Both the position numbers and the translations under genes were made by a program. A stretch of DNA of 64,000 bases. Origin: Mobula hypostoma (lineage: Eukaryota). Numbering within the stretch: the first letter of the stretch is position 1; every line of letters starts with the position of its first letter. Location of the stretch: NCBI RefSeq assembly GCF_963921235.1, contig NC_086097.1, positions 25,112,001 to 25,176,000 of the forward strand, given 5' to 3'. The notes below the pieces were generated by a model that made no database searches, was not told where the DNA came from, and worked only from the letters and a program-made list of their open reading frames with translations. Positions 63,425 to 64,000 of the stretch are shown one piece after another.

Positions 63425-64000
63425 GTCCACTCAGGCCTAGGGGCCGTGTCGGGCATGATGACGGACTCTCCACTTCTCCCTCTCCCTCATCAGTGTGTTC
63501 AGTTCATCTACATTAGCTACGCCGCTGTCTTCTAGGAGCGTGTTGACCATAGTCTTGGAAGGGTGCCCAAGGTTCATCCTCCCGTGCTTGGGCTCCCATA
63601 TGATGACTAGGCTGGCAGGTAGCTCAGGGTGGCGTAGACAGTGCCCCACTAGTTGCAGTCTTCTCGCCTCGATTTTAGCGGAGAGCATCGGTAAGTTGTT
63701 ATAGAGCTCAACGTTCGTCATGTGCTGTTGCCAACTGACATCAAGAGCCATCCGGAGCATTCGTGTATAGCAACCATCTAGAGACTTTCGCATCATCTTG
63801 GTGAGTGTCCACGTCTCGCATCCGTACATGAGAATGGACTCTTTGACTGCTATGAAAATCCTCTTTTTAAGTCCTCTGGTCAGGTTTGACTTCCCGATTT
63901 CCTTCATGTCGTTCATAGCCCTCCACGCCAGCGCCTTCCGTATCTTTATGTCCTTCTCTGGACTCATCATTCTTGATCCGAGGTACTTGTAGTCAAAGAC
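63425..64000 (-). mobile_element. RTE-clade LINE 3' end, continuing beyond the window
   Basis: KYLGS..DIKIRKALAW..ESILMYGCETWTL..RMLRMAL..RRLQLVGHCLR motifs. Confidence 0.9.

Noticed and set aside
63138..63535. Poly-Ser and poly-Tyr ORFs
   Set aside because: These are translations of the trinucleotide microsatellite.
1..64000. CRISPR arrays, operons or prokaryotic defence systems
   Set aside because: The sequence is vertebrate, repeat-rich DNA with no regularly spaced repeat-spacer array and no gene-dense structure.

Overview
Eukaryotic, non-coding-dominated genomic DNA. The repeat content (CR1/HER1-like LINEs with esterase ORF1, HE1/V-SINE-like SINEs, Penelope-like elements) points to a cartilaginous fish, probably a ray; this is an inference. 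Most of the window is decayed and often nested transposable elements: CR1, Rex1/Babar-like and RTE LINEs, Penelope-like elements (PLEs) with a GIY-YIG endonuclease, Gypsy LTR pieces, Tc1-like MITEs and SINEs. Nearly all ORFs in the supplied track are TE debris. One credible host exon (25005-25118, minus strand, coiled-coil-like) and a few weaker candidates suggest the window lies inside introns of a minus-strand gene. The most notable structure is a PLE system. Its 3' terminus carries a minimal type I hammerhead ribozyme motif, and it repeatedly inserts as tail-out inverted (fold-back) copies flanked by target-site duplications (TSDs) of mostly 12-16 bp. These range from ~90-290 bp mini-hairpins, often with the apex at the ribozyme, to a 2.4 kb palindrome. 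Boundaries defined by TSDs were read base by base; other boundaries are approximate.
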